From positions 6,882,001 to 6,946,000 of the forward strand of contig NC_043013.1 in assembly GCF_006345805.1 (NCBI RefSeq): a DNA stretch of 64,000 nucleotides, read 5' to 3'. The position numbers and the translations under genes are program-made. The stretch is from Octopus sinensis. Taxonomy: Eukaryota. The notes under the pieces are model-generated. The model saw only the letters and a list, made by a program, of their open reading frames with translations, ran no database searches and had not been told where the DNA came from. This document shows, piece after piece, positions 13,046 to 26,707 of this stretch (its first letter is position 1; each line of letters starts with the position of its first letter).

Positions 13046-13433
13046 GTGGAGGCGCAATGGCCCAGTGGTTAGGGCAGCGGACTCGCGGTCATAGGATCGC
13101 GGTTTCGATTCCCAGACCGGGCGTTGTGAGTGTTTATTGAGCGAAAACACCTAAAGCTCCACGAGGCTCCGGCAAGGCATGGTGGTGATCCCTGCTGTAC
13201 TCTTTCACCACAACTTTCTCTCGCTCTTACTTCCTGTTTCTGTTGTACCTGTATTTCAAAGGGCCGGCCTTGTCACTCTCTGTGTCACGCTGAATATCCC
13301 CGAGAACTACGTTAAGGGTACACGTGTCTGTGGAGTGCTCAGCCACTTACACGTTAATTTCACGAGCAGGCTGTTCCGTTGATTCGGATCAACCGGAACC
13401 CTCGTCGTCGTAACCGACGGAGTGTTTCCACCA
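13046..13433 (+). mobile_element. SINE family A, full length
   Basis: Near-identical to 6720-7106 in the opposite orientation. Confidence 0.92.
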
Positions 13434-13748
13434 CACATACACACATACATATGTATGTACATACAGTCATATTTATATGATAATTGCTTCATTTTGCCAG
13501 ACGATAGCTGTTTCATTCAACCTGGTTGTTCTGATTTACTTTCATCCTTATATATGCCCGGATATCCACCGCCATAGCTCCATTTTGTATTTATTGAATT
13601 AATACGAAACGGATCAAGAAATGAAATGGTAATGAGACATCTGAATGCCATTGGATTCATGTGACTAAAGATTATGTAACACTTTTGCCACTCTCTCCAT
13701 TCTTATAGCAGGTTCCAGTGACAAGCATTCGAAGATGACTGGTATCAT

Positions 13749-14020
13749 TTTGGAGTAAAGATTGTTTGCCAACGTAACATAGCAGTCCTGGTTTAGGACA
13801 AATGTTGCTGTAATTTAGCCCCAGGAGACATCGTGTCCAGCTGGCTATACGACACGATCTGTGTCCTTATATTTTCAAACAAGGGGATCTGGAAAAAAAT
13901 AAGGACACAGATCGTGTCGTATAGCCAGCTGGAGACGATATCGCCTGGGGCTACATTACAGCAATATTCGTCCTAAACCAGGACTGCTATATTATGTTGG
14001 TAAACAATCTTTACTACAAA
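13749..14020. repeat. Long hairpin/MITE-like palindrome (~128-bp arms, ~15-nt loop)
   Basis: 13749-13876 is the reverse complement of 13892-14020 with scattered mismatches. Confidence 0.92.
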
Positions 14021-14159
14021 GTACTGTTGCTGAATACCTCTCTTTGTGATATTTACATATAGTAATTTTCTAATTGTATAATTTTAACTGCAAATTTTAT
14101 GCCAATCGAGGAGAGTTGTCTTCCTTGTGACTTTCTCAAAAATTATGGGAACCTCCTCT

Positions 14160-14756
14160 ACTCATACATACATACATACATACATACATACATTCATACA
14201 TAAATACATGCATACATACACATACATACATACATGCATGCATACATACACACATACATACATACATACATACATACATACATACATTCATACATACATA
14301 CATACATACATACACACATACATACACACACACATACATACATACATACATGCATACATACATACATACATACATACATACATAATGCATACATACATAC
14401 ATACATACATACATACATACATACATACACACATACACACATACACACATACATACATACACACATACATACATACATACATACATGCATACATACACAC
14501 ATACATACACACATACATACATACATACATACATACATACATACATACATACACACATACATACATACATACATACATAATGCATACATACATACATACA
14601 TACATACACACATACACACATACACACATACATACATACATACACACATACATACATACATACATACATACATACATACATACATACATACATACATACA
14701 TGCATACATACACGCATACATACATACATACATACATACATACATACATACATACA

Positions 14757-14786
<30 letters not shown>
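14160..14786. repeat. (TACA)n microsatellite
   Basis: Directly visible. Confidence 0.98.
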
Positions 14787-14787
<1 letters not shown>

Positions 14788-15509
14788 GCCTAACTGATAA
14801 GCTTGGATTTTCAGAAAATAAATCAACCAATTAGCCAGCACATTAGAAATACAATCTGTAAGAGGAACAGTATTAATATGCAAGACTTTTTTCAAATGTA
14901 AAAGGTGACATCGGCTTTTTTGTTTGTTTGTTTGTTTTTGTTATCTACATTCTAATCATGAAGGTTTTGTATTTTTGTTAGAAACCAACTCCTACCTCGG
15001 AGGAAGAATTTAAATGATTAAAAACAAAAGAAAACACACATGGTACAGATCTTGTAGAAACAATCACTTGATATTGTTGCTTGGGTTCGCAAAATAAAAG
15101 CATTTCTCTGTTGGCTGTGGAAGTCTGCTGTCCATTTAAAACACGAATGTGGTGACAAAAATATTGAATGAAGACCTCATCTATGGAGAATTGATGTGGT
15201 GTGGTTTGAAAGTTCAGTATGCAAAACATTTAACTAATATCTATTATTCATATTCAGATAGGATATGGACCAGCTTCTCAAGATCAAAGTAGAAATTAAC
15301 TTGGATTCCCAGAGAAAATGTACGTCCATAATTCATACGCTACAAATGATCTTAAAATCTGGGGCAATGAAAATCTGAAAAGTCAGGATGAATGGTTGCG
15401 CTAATGAATAAGAAAAGACGAAAAGTATTTTTTTTTTATTTTGCGACCTTGCCACTGAGCTGGTAGCCAATGAAAATAAATGCTAAAATTCCAATCCAGA
15501 AGAAAAACC

Positions 15510-16220
15510 ATACGATATTTTGCATACCATTAACCCATCATCTTTTTTTCTGTAACTGACCAACGGAACTTCCTTAACCTTGGCACATATCTTGATTCAA
15601 TTGAAAACTCCAGTAGAATTTCCCCTTTTAGTTCCACGACCTGTGGTAGCTAACATTATTATTCTGTCTTACTACTATGGCATATATAGCAGTAATCCAA
15701 GTCTTATTTGTGATTTTAATTTCACCGCTTCATTACCACGATGATTTGCTCTAAAAGCTGCTTCTTTGCGATCATCTAAAAGGATAACTTACATATAAAT
15801 ACGTACACACGTACTTAAAGATATAAACACGACATTGCATTCAGTCACACGAGCGTAAACAATTACTCATTCATTTCCGTAATAAATCCTATTCACAAAA
15901 ACGTACCCCACTTATACAAACCCAGAAAAATATTCGTTATCCTTTTAGATGATCGCAAACAAACGGCTTTTAGAGCAAATCATTTTAGAGCAAATCATGA
16001 AGTGGTGAAATAAAAACACAAATAAGACTTGGATTACTGCTATATATGCCATAGTAGTAAGACAGAATAATAATGTTAGCTACCACAGGTCGTGGAACTA
16101 AAAGGGGAAATTCTACTGGAGTTTTCAATTGAATCAAGATATGTGCCAAGGTTAGGGAAGTTCCGTTGGTCGGTTACAGAAGAAAAAGATGATGGGTTAA
16201 TGGTATGCAAAATATCGTAT
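15510..16220. mobile_element. Foldback/MITE-like element with ~280-bp inverted arms
   Basis: 15510-15788 is inverted relative to 15936-16220, with a ~147-bp spacer. Possible TA TSD at 15511-15512 and 16218-16219. Confidence 0.8.
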
Positions 16221-16356
16221 CTATTAATAATTCAATGTGAATCAATGTTTCTCGCTGAAATATTGCTTGTCTTAGTAAGCTATGGTTTGTTGAGCTGAAA
16301 ACACTGCTGCTCTTCTCGCAAAATCTACCAAAAACCCTGCATAGCAAATAGCAATA

Positions 16357-16760
16357 TACTCTTTACTCTTTACTCTTTTACTTGTTTCAGTCATTTGACT
16401 GTGGCCATGCTGGAGCACCGCCTTTGGTCGAGCAAATCGACCCCGGGACTTATTCTTTGTAAGCCCAGTACTTATTGTATCGGTCTCTTTTTCCGAACCG
16501 CTAAGTGACTGGGACGTAAACACACCTGCATCGGTTGTCAAGCAATGCTTGGGGGACAAACACAGACACACAAACACACACATGCATATATATATATACA
16601 TATATACGACAGGCTTCTTTCAGTTTCCGCCTACCAAATCCACTCACAAGGCATTGGTCGGCCCGGGGCTATAGCAGAAGACACTTGCCCAAGGTGCCAC
16701 GCAGTAGGACTGAACCCGGAACCATGTGGTTGGTTAGCAAGCTACTTACCACGCAGCCAC
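16357..16760 (-). mobile_element. SINE family C
   Basis: Reverse complement of the 4217-4665 architecture, with a short internal microsatellite. Confidence 0.88.
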
Positions 16761-16819
16761 TCAGTAGATTAGTATATTTTTGCCTTTTGGGATCGAGAAA
16801 ATTTGTAAAACCATGAACC

Positions 16820-18430
16820 GTGAGGAAAACAAAAATGGAAACAATGGCGCTGAGATAGAACTGCCGCCATTAGACGGAGATGAGGAAGTGATGTCGGAAC
16901 AAACATAAATGAGGGAAGCATACAGATCAAAACTCTGCTGGCGGTAATATTGGAACAAATTCACATTTTACATTAACAAACCACTAAATGGAAGAATGGT
17001 TGTTACGACAAGAATCGATAGAGAGGAAGCCTAGTGATTCGGTGTTATCAGTGATCGATTAAGTTGCTAAAGAATACCTAGCAAAAATGGAAGCTCCCAG
17101 CTTTTGGACATTTCATGTCTTATTGTATTTTGATGCAATAACCGTTGGTCAACAGATGGGAATAACAGATCGATCGAAATAACACAGAATCAGAATGGAT
17201 TACTTCTCTCCAAAAGAACATCGATAAACTACGGAAAAATATCGGATAGCTGGAGACTATCATTTGATGTAAAGAGACTAATATATTCACCAATAACGAG
17301 CTCGATTTTGAGAGAGAGAGGGGGAGAGAGAGAATATCCAAAATCTATGGGAACTGTCGGTGAGAGACTCTCAGAAGTAAACTAATTGTCTTTAAATAAG
17401 AACAGTGATCAATAAGTCAAAAACAGGAACATTTAGTAGATTCGGTGATGGTACTTCGCTTCTAAAAGGAGAGCTTTGTTGGCGAGAAATGTTTACGACT
17501 TAATTGTAAGTTTACAATACGGAAGACTATATCGCTATTGTTGTAAAGGCTCCACTCTGAAATATTCTGAAACCATTCTTAGAAGGAATTTATAGAATAA
17601 ATAAACATCGTCGCCGCATTGTAGATTGGTTAAATGAGCTACGGAATGAGCACAGTGTAAGCATCTCTCCTAAAACTTATGGAACCACAAGTGACGCTCT
17701 CCTGACACTTCTTGTAAAACTACCGAATACAAAAACCTGCAAAAGCGTGACTTGATAAACAGTTATTGACATAGAAACTCGCTTTCTTAAACGAAGCTCT
17801 TGTCAAACGGGTCAAATTAAAATGGGGGCTAGACTAGGTGCGCCAAACTAGCAGAGAGTTATACAAGCAATGTTACGTATAAACTAGACACCGGTTACTT
17901 ACATGTAATTCTCAAGAGTCACTGAAGTTATACGGTGACTGATGAGCAGAGAGGGGTGAAGAAAAGGGTCGGCAGCCGTGCTGAATAGGTTCTCGCCATC
18001 AAAAAACTCCTTAAATGAGTGAAGCAGCATCACCGAATCTATATATTGTATGGCTTTCCAAAACGGCTTTTGACCGGCCCTTGATCTTGGTTACTAAAGT
18101 TACTGAGATCCATCTGCTATGGCCGATGCTATTGAAAGACTAACTACAACGTGGTCCATACAGCTATTAACTTGAACTGAAGTAACTTCCATAGCAAACA
18201 AATAATTTGTTTATCAGCAGGAATACTCCGGTGTGACAGCTTAGCTGTAATTCTTTTTACACTTGCAGTGACTCCCTTGTCAACCTTGGAAATATCAAGG
18301 TGCATTTCAAGAAAGAACGAAACAAAATGACAAACGTCTTTCAATCCAATCGATTATTGGAGAAAATTTGTACATTCTCAAAGTATTCAATTTGAGATTA
18401 CAAGAATAAACATATACCCAGAATCAAATG
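16820..18430 (+). mobile_element. Highly decayed R4/Dong-like non-LTR retrotransposon (pre-RT and RT region)
   Basis: Stop-riddled translations WITSLQKNIDKLRKNIG*LETII*CKETNIFT, KIYGNCR*ETLRSKL, DWLNELRNEH, EQRGVKKRVG and GILRCDSLAVILFTLAVTPLS (RT QGDSLS motif) occur in the expected order. Confidence 0.65.
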
Positions 18431-19733
18431 TGTACAGATGACATACACACGCACATACATACAGACATGCTTACTTACATATACATACATACATACATAC
18501 ATACATACATACATACATACATACATACATACATACATACATACATACAAATAAAAATATCCTTTTGCTGATGTTGAAATTCCAAAGAAAGAACCTTGAA
18601 TCTAAGTTAGAAACCGGTTGTTTCTCTATTGGCAAGAAATCTTGAAATACAAACATACATAAAACGTTAACACGTAAATTTGTATACTAAAGTGATATAT
18701 ATACTCATTACAAGAATGCAAGTATATCCAGATATACACTTTTATCTTCTACTAGTTTCAGCCACTAGACTGCGGCCATTCTGGGGCATAGACTTCAAGA
18801 AATTTTAGTTGAATGCATTGGCACTGCTATTTATTTTTTTATGTCTGGTACTTATACTATAACCCTCCTTTTGTCGAAGTGCTAAGTTACGGGGACGCAA
18901 ACATACCAGCACCGGTTTTCAAGGTGGGAGGTTGGAAACAAACGCAAACATACACACACATGTTTTATCTTTTGTTTTTTTACTTGTTTCAGTCATTTGA
19001 CTGCGGCCATGCCAGGGCACTACCTTAAAGGTTTTAGTCGAACAAATCGTCTCCAGAATTATTTTCTAAATGCTAGTACTTATTCTATCGTTCTCATTTT
19101 ACGTCCCTGCTAGGATACGGGAACGTAAAAGCACCAACACCGTTGTCAAGCGGTTGTCGGGGACAAACGCAGACACGAAGACATATACACAAATATACAC
19201 ACACACACACACTATATGTATATATATCCCCACCGTGATCACCGTGACCGACCTGATGTTACTACACATCAGATGTTACTACACATCGCTAGTCACAATG
19301 TTTCGCATTGTTTAAGCCTTCAAGTGACGCCACCCCACTGGCTAAGCGCGCAGGCTAACAGAAGAAAGAGTGAGAGAAAGTTGTTGCGAAAGAGTACACC
19401 ATCACCCCATGCCGGAGCCTCAATAAGATAAGAAAATAAAGAAATAATTAATAAATTATTATTTATTAATTAAAGGAATTGACAACATCTCTTACAGCTG
19501 TTTCAATTCTAGACTTTCAGAAAATTAACGTATTTTAAGTTATACAAAATATATGTTCAATTCCTGCATGTTGAGTATGTGGCTGCAAACCTTACAGTTG
19601 TATATTAAGTACATTCTTTGTATGGGTAACTAACCTGTACTTTCATCATAGGATTTTACTATCCCTTAATGATGTTTGTAACCCTTATTTGAACTTATAA
19701 TATATATGTGTGTGTTGTGTGGTATTATGTATG

Positions 19734-19764
<31 letters not shown>

Positions 19765-19801
19765 AGTATTTATGTATGATATATATATATTGTATTTAGT
19801 A

Positions 19802-19862
<61 letters not shown>

Positions 19863-20289
19863 ATATATAACGACGGTCTTCTTTCAGTTTCCTCCGCCTG
19901 TCAAATCCACTCACAAGGCTTTGGTCGACCCGAGGCTATAGTTGAAGACACCCATCCAAGGTGCCACGCAGTGGAACTGAACCCGGAAACATGTGGTTGG
20001 GAAGCAAGCTTCTTACCACACAGCCACGCCTGCTGCACATTAACTCATTCACAAGTTGGCACATACATGGAAATCTCTTAACGTAGAGATGCTTAGTTCC
20101 TTTGTTACTGAAAATCATGAGTTCTACGGAGAAATCAGATAAGCCTCAATAACCTGTGTTGGTTTGTTTATGCTTTCGCATAAAACCGTTGAAAGCGGTG
20201 CGCTACCATGGCCGCCGTCTGAAAATTGCTATGAGAAAATAAAGGAGACGTGCATGCAAAGATGAATTTGCGCATTTGTATACAATCAC

Positions 20290-21455
20290 AGAGCCACAAT
20301 TGCATACACGCATACATACATGAATGCATACATAACAGTTACATACATACATGCATGCATGCATGCATACATACATACATGCATACATACATACATACAT
20401 ACATACATGCATACATGCATACATACATGCATGCATACATACATACATACATACATACATACATACATACATGCATACATGCATACATACATACATACAA
20501 ACATACAAACATACATACATACATACATACATGCATACATGCATACATACATACATGCATACATACATACATACATACATACATACATACATACATGCAT
20601 ACATGCATACATACATACATGCATACATACATACATACATACATACACACATACATACATACACAGATACATACATACACATATACATACACAGATACAT
20701 ACACAGATACATACATACATACATACATACATACATCCATACATACATACATAAGTACATACATACATACATTCATACATACATAAATACATACATACAT
20801 ACATGATACATACACATACACAGATACATACATACATACATACATACGTACATACATACAGATACGTACTATTATATCAATTCATCCATCCATTCATGCA
20901 TGCAAACATACATATATAAATACAAAACAATCATACATATACATACACACACATTCATCCACACATCGATCGATCCATCCATCTATCCACCCGTGCATCC
21001 ACTCATCGATCCATCCATCCATGCATACTTACCTATCCTCCGAAACACACACACACATACACACACAAACACATACATACATACATACATACATACATAC
21101 ATACATACATACATGCATACATACATACATACATACATACATACATACATGCATGCATGCATGCATACATACATACATACATACATACATACATGCATAC
21201 ATACATACATACATACATACATACATGCATACATACATACATACATACATACATGCATACATACATACATACATACATACATACATGCATACATACATAC
21301 ATACATACATACATGCATGCATGCATGCATACATACATACATACATACATACATACATACATACATACATACATGCATACATACATACATACATACATAC
21401 ATACATACATACATACATACATACATACATACATACATGGATACATACATACACA
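20290..21455. repeat. Two (TACA/TGCA)n microsatellite blocks
   Basis: Directly visible. Confidence 0.97.
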
Positions 21456-22009
21456 CACGACAATTGGCAGGATAAGCAAATTAGATATCGCCCTCCTTCC
21501 TCTCCTTTGCCCTTATGTCATGTATTTACTGACGACGTCCTATTAACATCATGAGATGCAATCTGGCCGCACATGGTGTATATAAAGCCAGTCAGAGACT
21601 GTAAAGGAGGGGGATGAAACGGAAGGTGAATAAGTTTCGATCGATAGTGAATGGTTAATCGATACACGATATATATAATGCATGATGCATGCCCTAACAA
21701 TATAACTTCCATTTGAAAAGGAATCTTTTTGCTCTTCTTTTATTTTTATCTAAATGAATTATCTCCGCTCTGTGATTGCATGTCGATGCTTGGGAGTCTC
21801 ACGAACTGTGATCTTTCTGTTTGGCTCTGTGTGTGTGTGTTGTGTGTGTGTGTGATACTGTAAACGTGTGTGCGTGTGTGTCTTCGTGTGGCGTTTGCAT
21901 TTCTGTGTGCGTGTGTTTGTGAGAGAGAGAGAGAGAGAGTGTGTGTGTGTGGGAGATAGATAGAGAGGTAGTGTGTGAGAGGGTGAGAGAGTGGGGGGAG
22001 GGAGTGTGT

Positions 22010-22083
22010 AATTGTGTACAGCAGTGTTTGAGAGAAATAGCAGTAGTAGTAGAAGTAGTAGTGGTGGTGATGGTGGTAGTGGC

Positions 22084-22120
<37 letters not shown>

Positions 22121-22720
22121 AGAGGAGGAGATGGATGAGGAGGTATAGTTTTAGTAGTAGTAGCATTAGTAGTAGCAGCAGCAATAGTAGTAGTAATAGT
22201 AGTAGTAGTAGTAGTAGGAGGAGGAGGAGGAGGCGTTGTAGTAGTAGTAGTAACAGCAGCAGCATTAGTGCTAATAGTAGTTGTAGTAGTAGTAGGAGGA
22301 GGAATTGTAGTGGTGGTAGTAGTAGTAGTAACAGTAGTAGTAGTTGGAGAGGAGGTGTAGTAGTAGTAGTAGTAGTAGTAGTAGACGGTACTAGCAATGG
22401 CGCCTATGGTAGTGGTAGTGTTTCCTTGTTGTTGTGGGTGGTGGTGGCGATGGTATTAGCGGCAGCAGTAGTGGTGGTGGTAGGGATGGTGTTGGTGGTG
22501 GTGGTGACGCTGGCAGTGGTGGTAGTGTTAAGTTGTTCTTGTGATAGAGAGGGTAGTAGTTGTGATGGTGGTGGTGGTGGTTATGGTTTTGCTGCTGCTG
22601 CTGCTGCTGTTTGCGCTGCTGTTGATGGTAAAGGTGGTGGGTGGCGGAGGTAGTGGTGGCGGTGGTGGTAATGATTGTGATGGCGACGGCGGCGTTGGTG
22701 GTGATTCTGGGATGGTGGCG
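22010..22720. repeat. Degenerate (AGT)n/(GGT)n trinucleotide low-complexity tract
   Basis: Directly visible. Confidence 0.93.
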
Positions 22721-22778
22721 GTGATATTGCTGGTATTTCGTGTGTATCATCTCAAATCTTCCTTTATCCGTTCTGTAG

Positions 22779-22865
22779 CTCGTAGATACCCCTATTATAC
22801 CCGCCCGAAGGACCAAATGCCACCCTGCTCCGTTTCTTTATGTCTCTATCCAACCCGATATTGCA
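22779..22865 (+). CDS. Candidate internal coding exon (phase 1-1): S-RRYPYYTRPKDQMPPCSVSLCLYPTRYC
   Basis: Strong acceptor ATCTTCCTTTATCCGTTCTGTAG|22779 and in frame with exon 1. The donor A|GTGACA is weak, and an alternative GC donor at 22884 would include a stop in this frame. Confidence 0.5.
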
Positions 22866-23121
22866 GTGACAAAGCATAAAGAGGCAAGTGTGACATTGCG
22901 CACATATTCGTTTCACAATTTGGCACAAGGCCAGCAATTTCGGGAGTCAATCACATCGACCACAGTACTCAACTGGTACTTCTTTTATTGACTCCGAAAG
23001 GATGAAAGGCAAAGTCGATCTCGGCGGAATTTGAATTCAGAACGTAAATACGGACGAAATGCCGCCAAGTATTTTGTCCGGCGTGTCCACGACTCTGCCA
23101 GCTCACTGCTACTGTATATAT

Positions 23122-23500
23122 TGCTCTCTCTCTCTCTCTCTCTTTCTCTTCGTCTCTCTCTTTCTCTCTCTCTTTCCCTCTCTCTCCCTCTCCCTCCCTC
23201 TCTCTCTCCCTCTCTCTCTCCCTCTCTCTCCCTCTCTCTCTCCCTCTCTCTCTCCCTCTCCCTCTCCCTCTCTCTCTCCCTCTCCCTCTGTCTATCTAAA
23301 TATCTATCCCGCTCTCTCTTTCTCTTTCTCTTTCTCTCTCTGTTTCCCTCTCTTTCCCTCTCTTTCCCTCTCCCTCTCTCTCTCTCTCTCTTCGCCTCTC
23401 TCTTTCTCTCTCTCTCCCTCTCTCTCTCTCTCTCCCTCTGTCTATCTATCTATCTATCCCGCTCTCTCTTTCTTTCCCTCTCTTTCTCTCTCCCTCCACT
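23122..23500. repeat. (CT)n polypyrimidine tract with an internal ~150-bp duplication
   Basis: CTGTCTATCTA...TATCCCGCTCTCTCTTTC occurs at ~23288 and ~23438. Confidence 0.9.
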
Positions 23501-25140
23501 TATTCACTTCTCAGTTTGTTTCCCTACAGTCGTTGTTGATGTTGTTTTTGTTCAATTGCAGTTAAATTCTGATCAAACTGAACTTCAATCGAAAGAATTC
23601 CTTCTTTGTCTCTTTCGTGTGCGTGTATGGGTGTGTAAGTGTGTTTGTTTGTTTGTGTGTGTGTGTATGTGTGTTGGGTTATTAGTATGTGTCTGCGAGT
23701 AAGCGGGCATGTGTGACATACCTTTGCTATTGAGTACTACAGTATATTGCTTTTTATGTTTCCATGTGTTGACAGTAAGAAAGGACATTGAATGAAGCAG
23801 ATACATTGTTTTAAAAACCCTGATCCAGTAAGGCGGCGAGTTGGCAGAAACGTTAGCACGCCCGGCGAAAGGCTTAACAGTATTTCGATCGTCTTCATGT
23901 TCTGAGCTCAAATTCCGCCGAGGTCGACTTTGCTTTTCATCCCTTCGGGGGTCGATAAATTAAGTACCACTTGCGTTCGAAGTCGAGCTAATCCACTGGC
24001 CCCTTCCCCAAAAATTTCGGCTCTTGTGCCTACTGTAGAGAAAAAAAAGTGATCCAGTGAGTGATTCCTTCCTTAAAGTTCTTGGATCCTCATTGCCTTT
24101 TTATCTTACGTTTCTTAGATTTGCATATTACATCTTCATATATCTGCTAGAAAGAAGCATCTGATTGTTTCCTGGTCCTGACAGCTCATAGTTTTGATAT
24201 TTACTAATTACATTTTACGTGTGTGCTAAAAGGAAGTCTGTGATTGTCTTCTGGCCTTGAGTTCTCAGACATTTGATATTTATTTATGAAACTTTACAAA
24301 TCTGATGAAAGAAAAAGGACAACATCATGCTATAGGTGAAAGGAGCATATTTGTTTTTCAATTTATAGACTTGTTTTCTTTCTACGATTCTAGGTGACTG
24401 ATTATTGAAAAGTGTCTAAGAGCTATTGCTTAGCGTTGCGATGTCTTTAAATTATTTAGTGTTATTATTGTGACATACAATGTTGTATGACTGTTGTTGC
24501 TGTTGTTGTTATTAATTAATCTATAGATTCTATTAATGTTAGTTTTGTGGTTTATATTCGACAGAGAACTTTGCCAGTTTTCGATGTCTTTCATGATTCA
24601 TTAGTTTTTGGTTGTATTTTGCTTCGTTTTCTTTTTTTAGTTGTTTGATGTTGAATTTTATTTGTTGCGTGTGGTTTTGTTGTATTGTGTCTGAAATTGG
24701 TTATATCTGGTGTATAATTAGGGTTATACTTTTTTTTTATGTTGCCTTGTGGGAATTGCATTCAAGATACGTCTATAATTATTTCGTTGAATAACTTGCA
24801 GTATCTGAGTTGCTGATCGAATTCTGAAAAAGGAGAAAAAAAAAACGTTCATTTTATTTCATGGCAGAAAATTTTCGATTGTAGTTTCTTTGAGATTCTA
24901 AACGTGGTTTCGCTTTCTTCATTGGTGTTCTCGTGAGTGTTTTGTGATGATAATTAGAAGGTTGCCCGAAGTGAGTCGCAGAAGTGTTTATCCAGCAGTT
25001 ATAGATATTGAAGATACGTACTTGCAGCAGAAACTGATGTCTGACAAAGAGTTGTGTTTGATACCATAGTAAAGTATACAAGTGCAAGTGTGAAAGGGGT
25101 TTGCTTACGATGATATTGTTTTTGATATTAAGTTAGAGTA

Positions 25141-25720
25141 AGGCGGAAGCTGGCAGAAACGTTAGCACGCCGGGCGAAATGCTTAACGGTATTTCGCTTG
25201 TCGTTACGTTGTGAGTTCAAATTCCGCCGAGGTTGACTTTGCCTTTCATCATTTCGGGGTCGATAAATTAAGTACCAGTTACGCACTGGAGTCGATGTAA
25301 TCGACTAATACCTATGTCTGTCCTTGTTTGTCCCCTCTATGTTTAGCCCCTTGTGGATAATAAAGAAATAGGTATTTCGTCTGCCGTTACGTTCTGAGTT
25401 CAAATTCCACCGAGGTCGACTTTGCCTTTCATCCTTTCGGGGTCGATAAATTAAGTACCAGTTACGCACTTGGACCGATGTAATCGACTTAATCCGTGTT
25501 GTTTCTGTCCTTGTTTGTCCTCTCTGTGTTTGGCCCCTTGTGTGTAGTATAGAAATAGGTATTTCGTCTGTCTTTACGTTGTGAGTTCAAATTCCGCCGA
25601 GGTCGACTTTGCCTGTCATCTTTCGGAGTCGATAAATTCAATACCAGTTGCATACTAGGGTTGATCTAATCGACTGCCCCACCTCCCCAACAATTTCAGG
25701 CCTTGTGCCTAGAGTAGAAA
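25141..25720 (+). mobile_element. Trimeric SINE family B (head + module + module + terminal module)
   Basis: The module restarts with GTATTTCG after ...GAAATAG at ~25371 and ~25559. Confidence 0.88.
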
Positions 25721-26707
25721 AGACTATATGATAACCAGAATGTTCCGAAAGATGAGTTTGTGTAAGGTGACGAAGTGGCGCAACGCTTTGCGGCATTTCG
25801 CCCGTCTTTACTTTCTGGGGTCAAATTCTCCGAGGTCGACTTCGTGTCTTTCATCCTTTTCGGGGTCGGTAAAATAAGTATCAGTTAGACACTGGTGTCT
25901 ATGTAATCGATTTGCTCACCTTCCCTACACTTACTGGCCTTGTGTCAAAATATGGAGCCAATATTATGTGTTTGTGTAGGACACCAGCTAAGTATGCATC
26001 TTCGTATGGTGTCCAGGGGGAAGATTACATTGAAATAATTTCTCGCATCTACAAATAGAACAAAAAGCTACGTTAATGATTCGTGTATCAATTATTTCTA
26101 ATGTGCTACACCTATGTACAGCTAACTGAAGAAGAAAGCGACGTTTGACAGTTAACTGTTTGTGACTACTGATCGTGTCTGGAAATTTTGCCTTATATGA
26201 AAATTCGCCATAAGGTAAAATCACCGTACAGAAAATGATATAGTGTTTTATAGCACAATTTTTAAAATGAAAAAATAAGAACGATAAAAGGTTTTATAAA
26301 AGCATTAAATAGGTAAGTCCTTATTCAACATCTAAGTGTTTTTTAAAAATGATGAGGACCTTTAAAACGAACATTCTTAGGTGAATTTTTGTATGGCAAA
26401 AACGTTTGCGACGGAATTTCGTATAGCCGCGACTGGTAAAGTTTGGTGTTCATGACAGGGTGTGAACCATTGGCTTTTTTCGTTGCTTATCGAATTTTCC
26501 AGAGATAGGTAACTATGGAGATAAAAATACAGAATGTCCACATGAGAAAATGTTTCGCGTTTGAAGTAGATCTGTGTAGATTTGTAAAAGCATAAATGTA
26601 GACACGGAAATACACACATACACACACATACACACGCAAACGAAGGCGTGCACACACACACATACACATACAAGGAATGTTGCACAAGGCTCTGTATTCC
26701 AAGTCAA

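Noticed and set aside
14978-15229. piggyBac-like SIDE motif (FSIDEVFIQYF)
   Set aside because: Too short; the flanking residues do not continue the family pattern.
25141-25720. CRISPR-like repeat/spacer periodicity
   Set aside because: Units are ~185-bp SINE modules with no unique spacers or cas genes, in a eukaryotic context.
24854-26224. Minus-strand ORFs 24854..25087 and 25988..26224
   Set aside because: No recognisable domain or consistent splice signals; lengths are compatible with chance.
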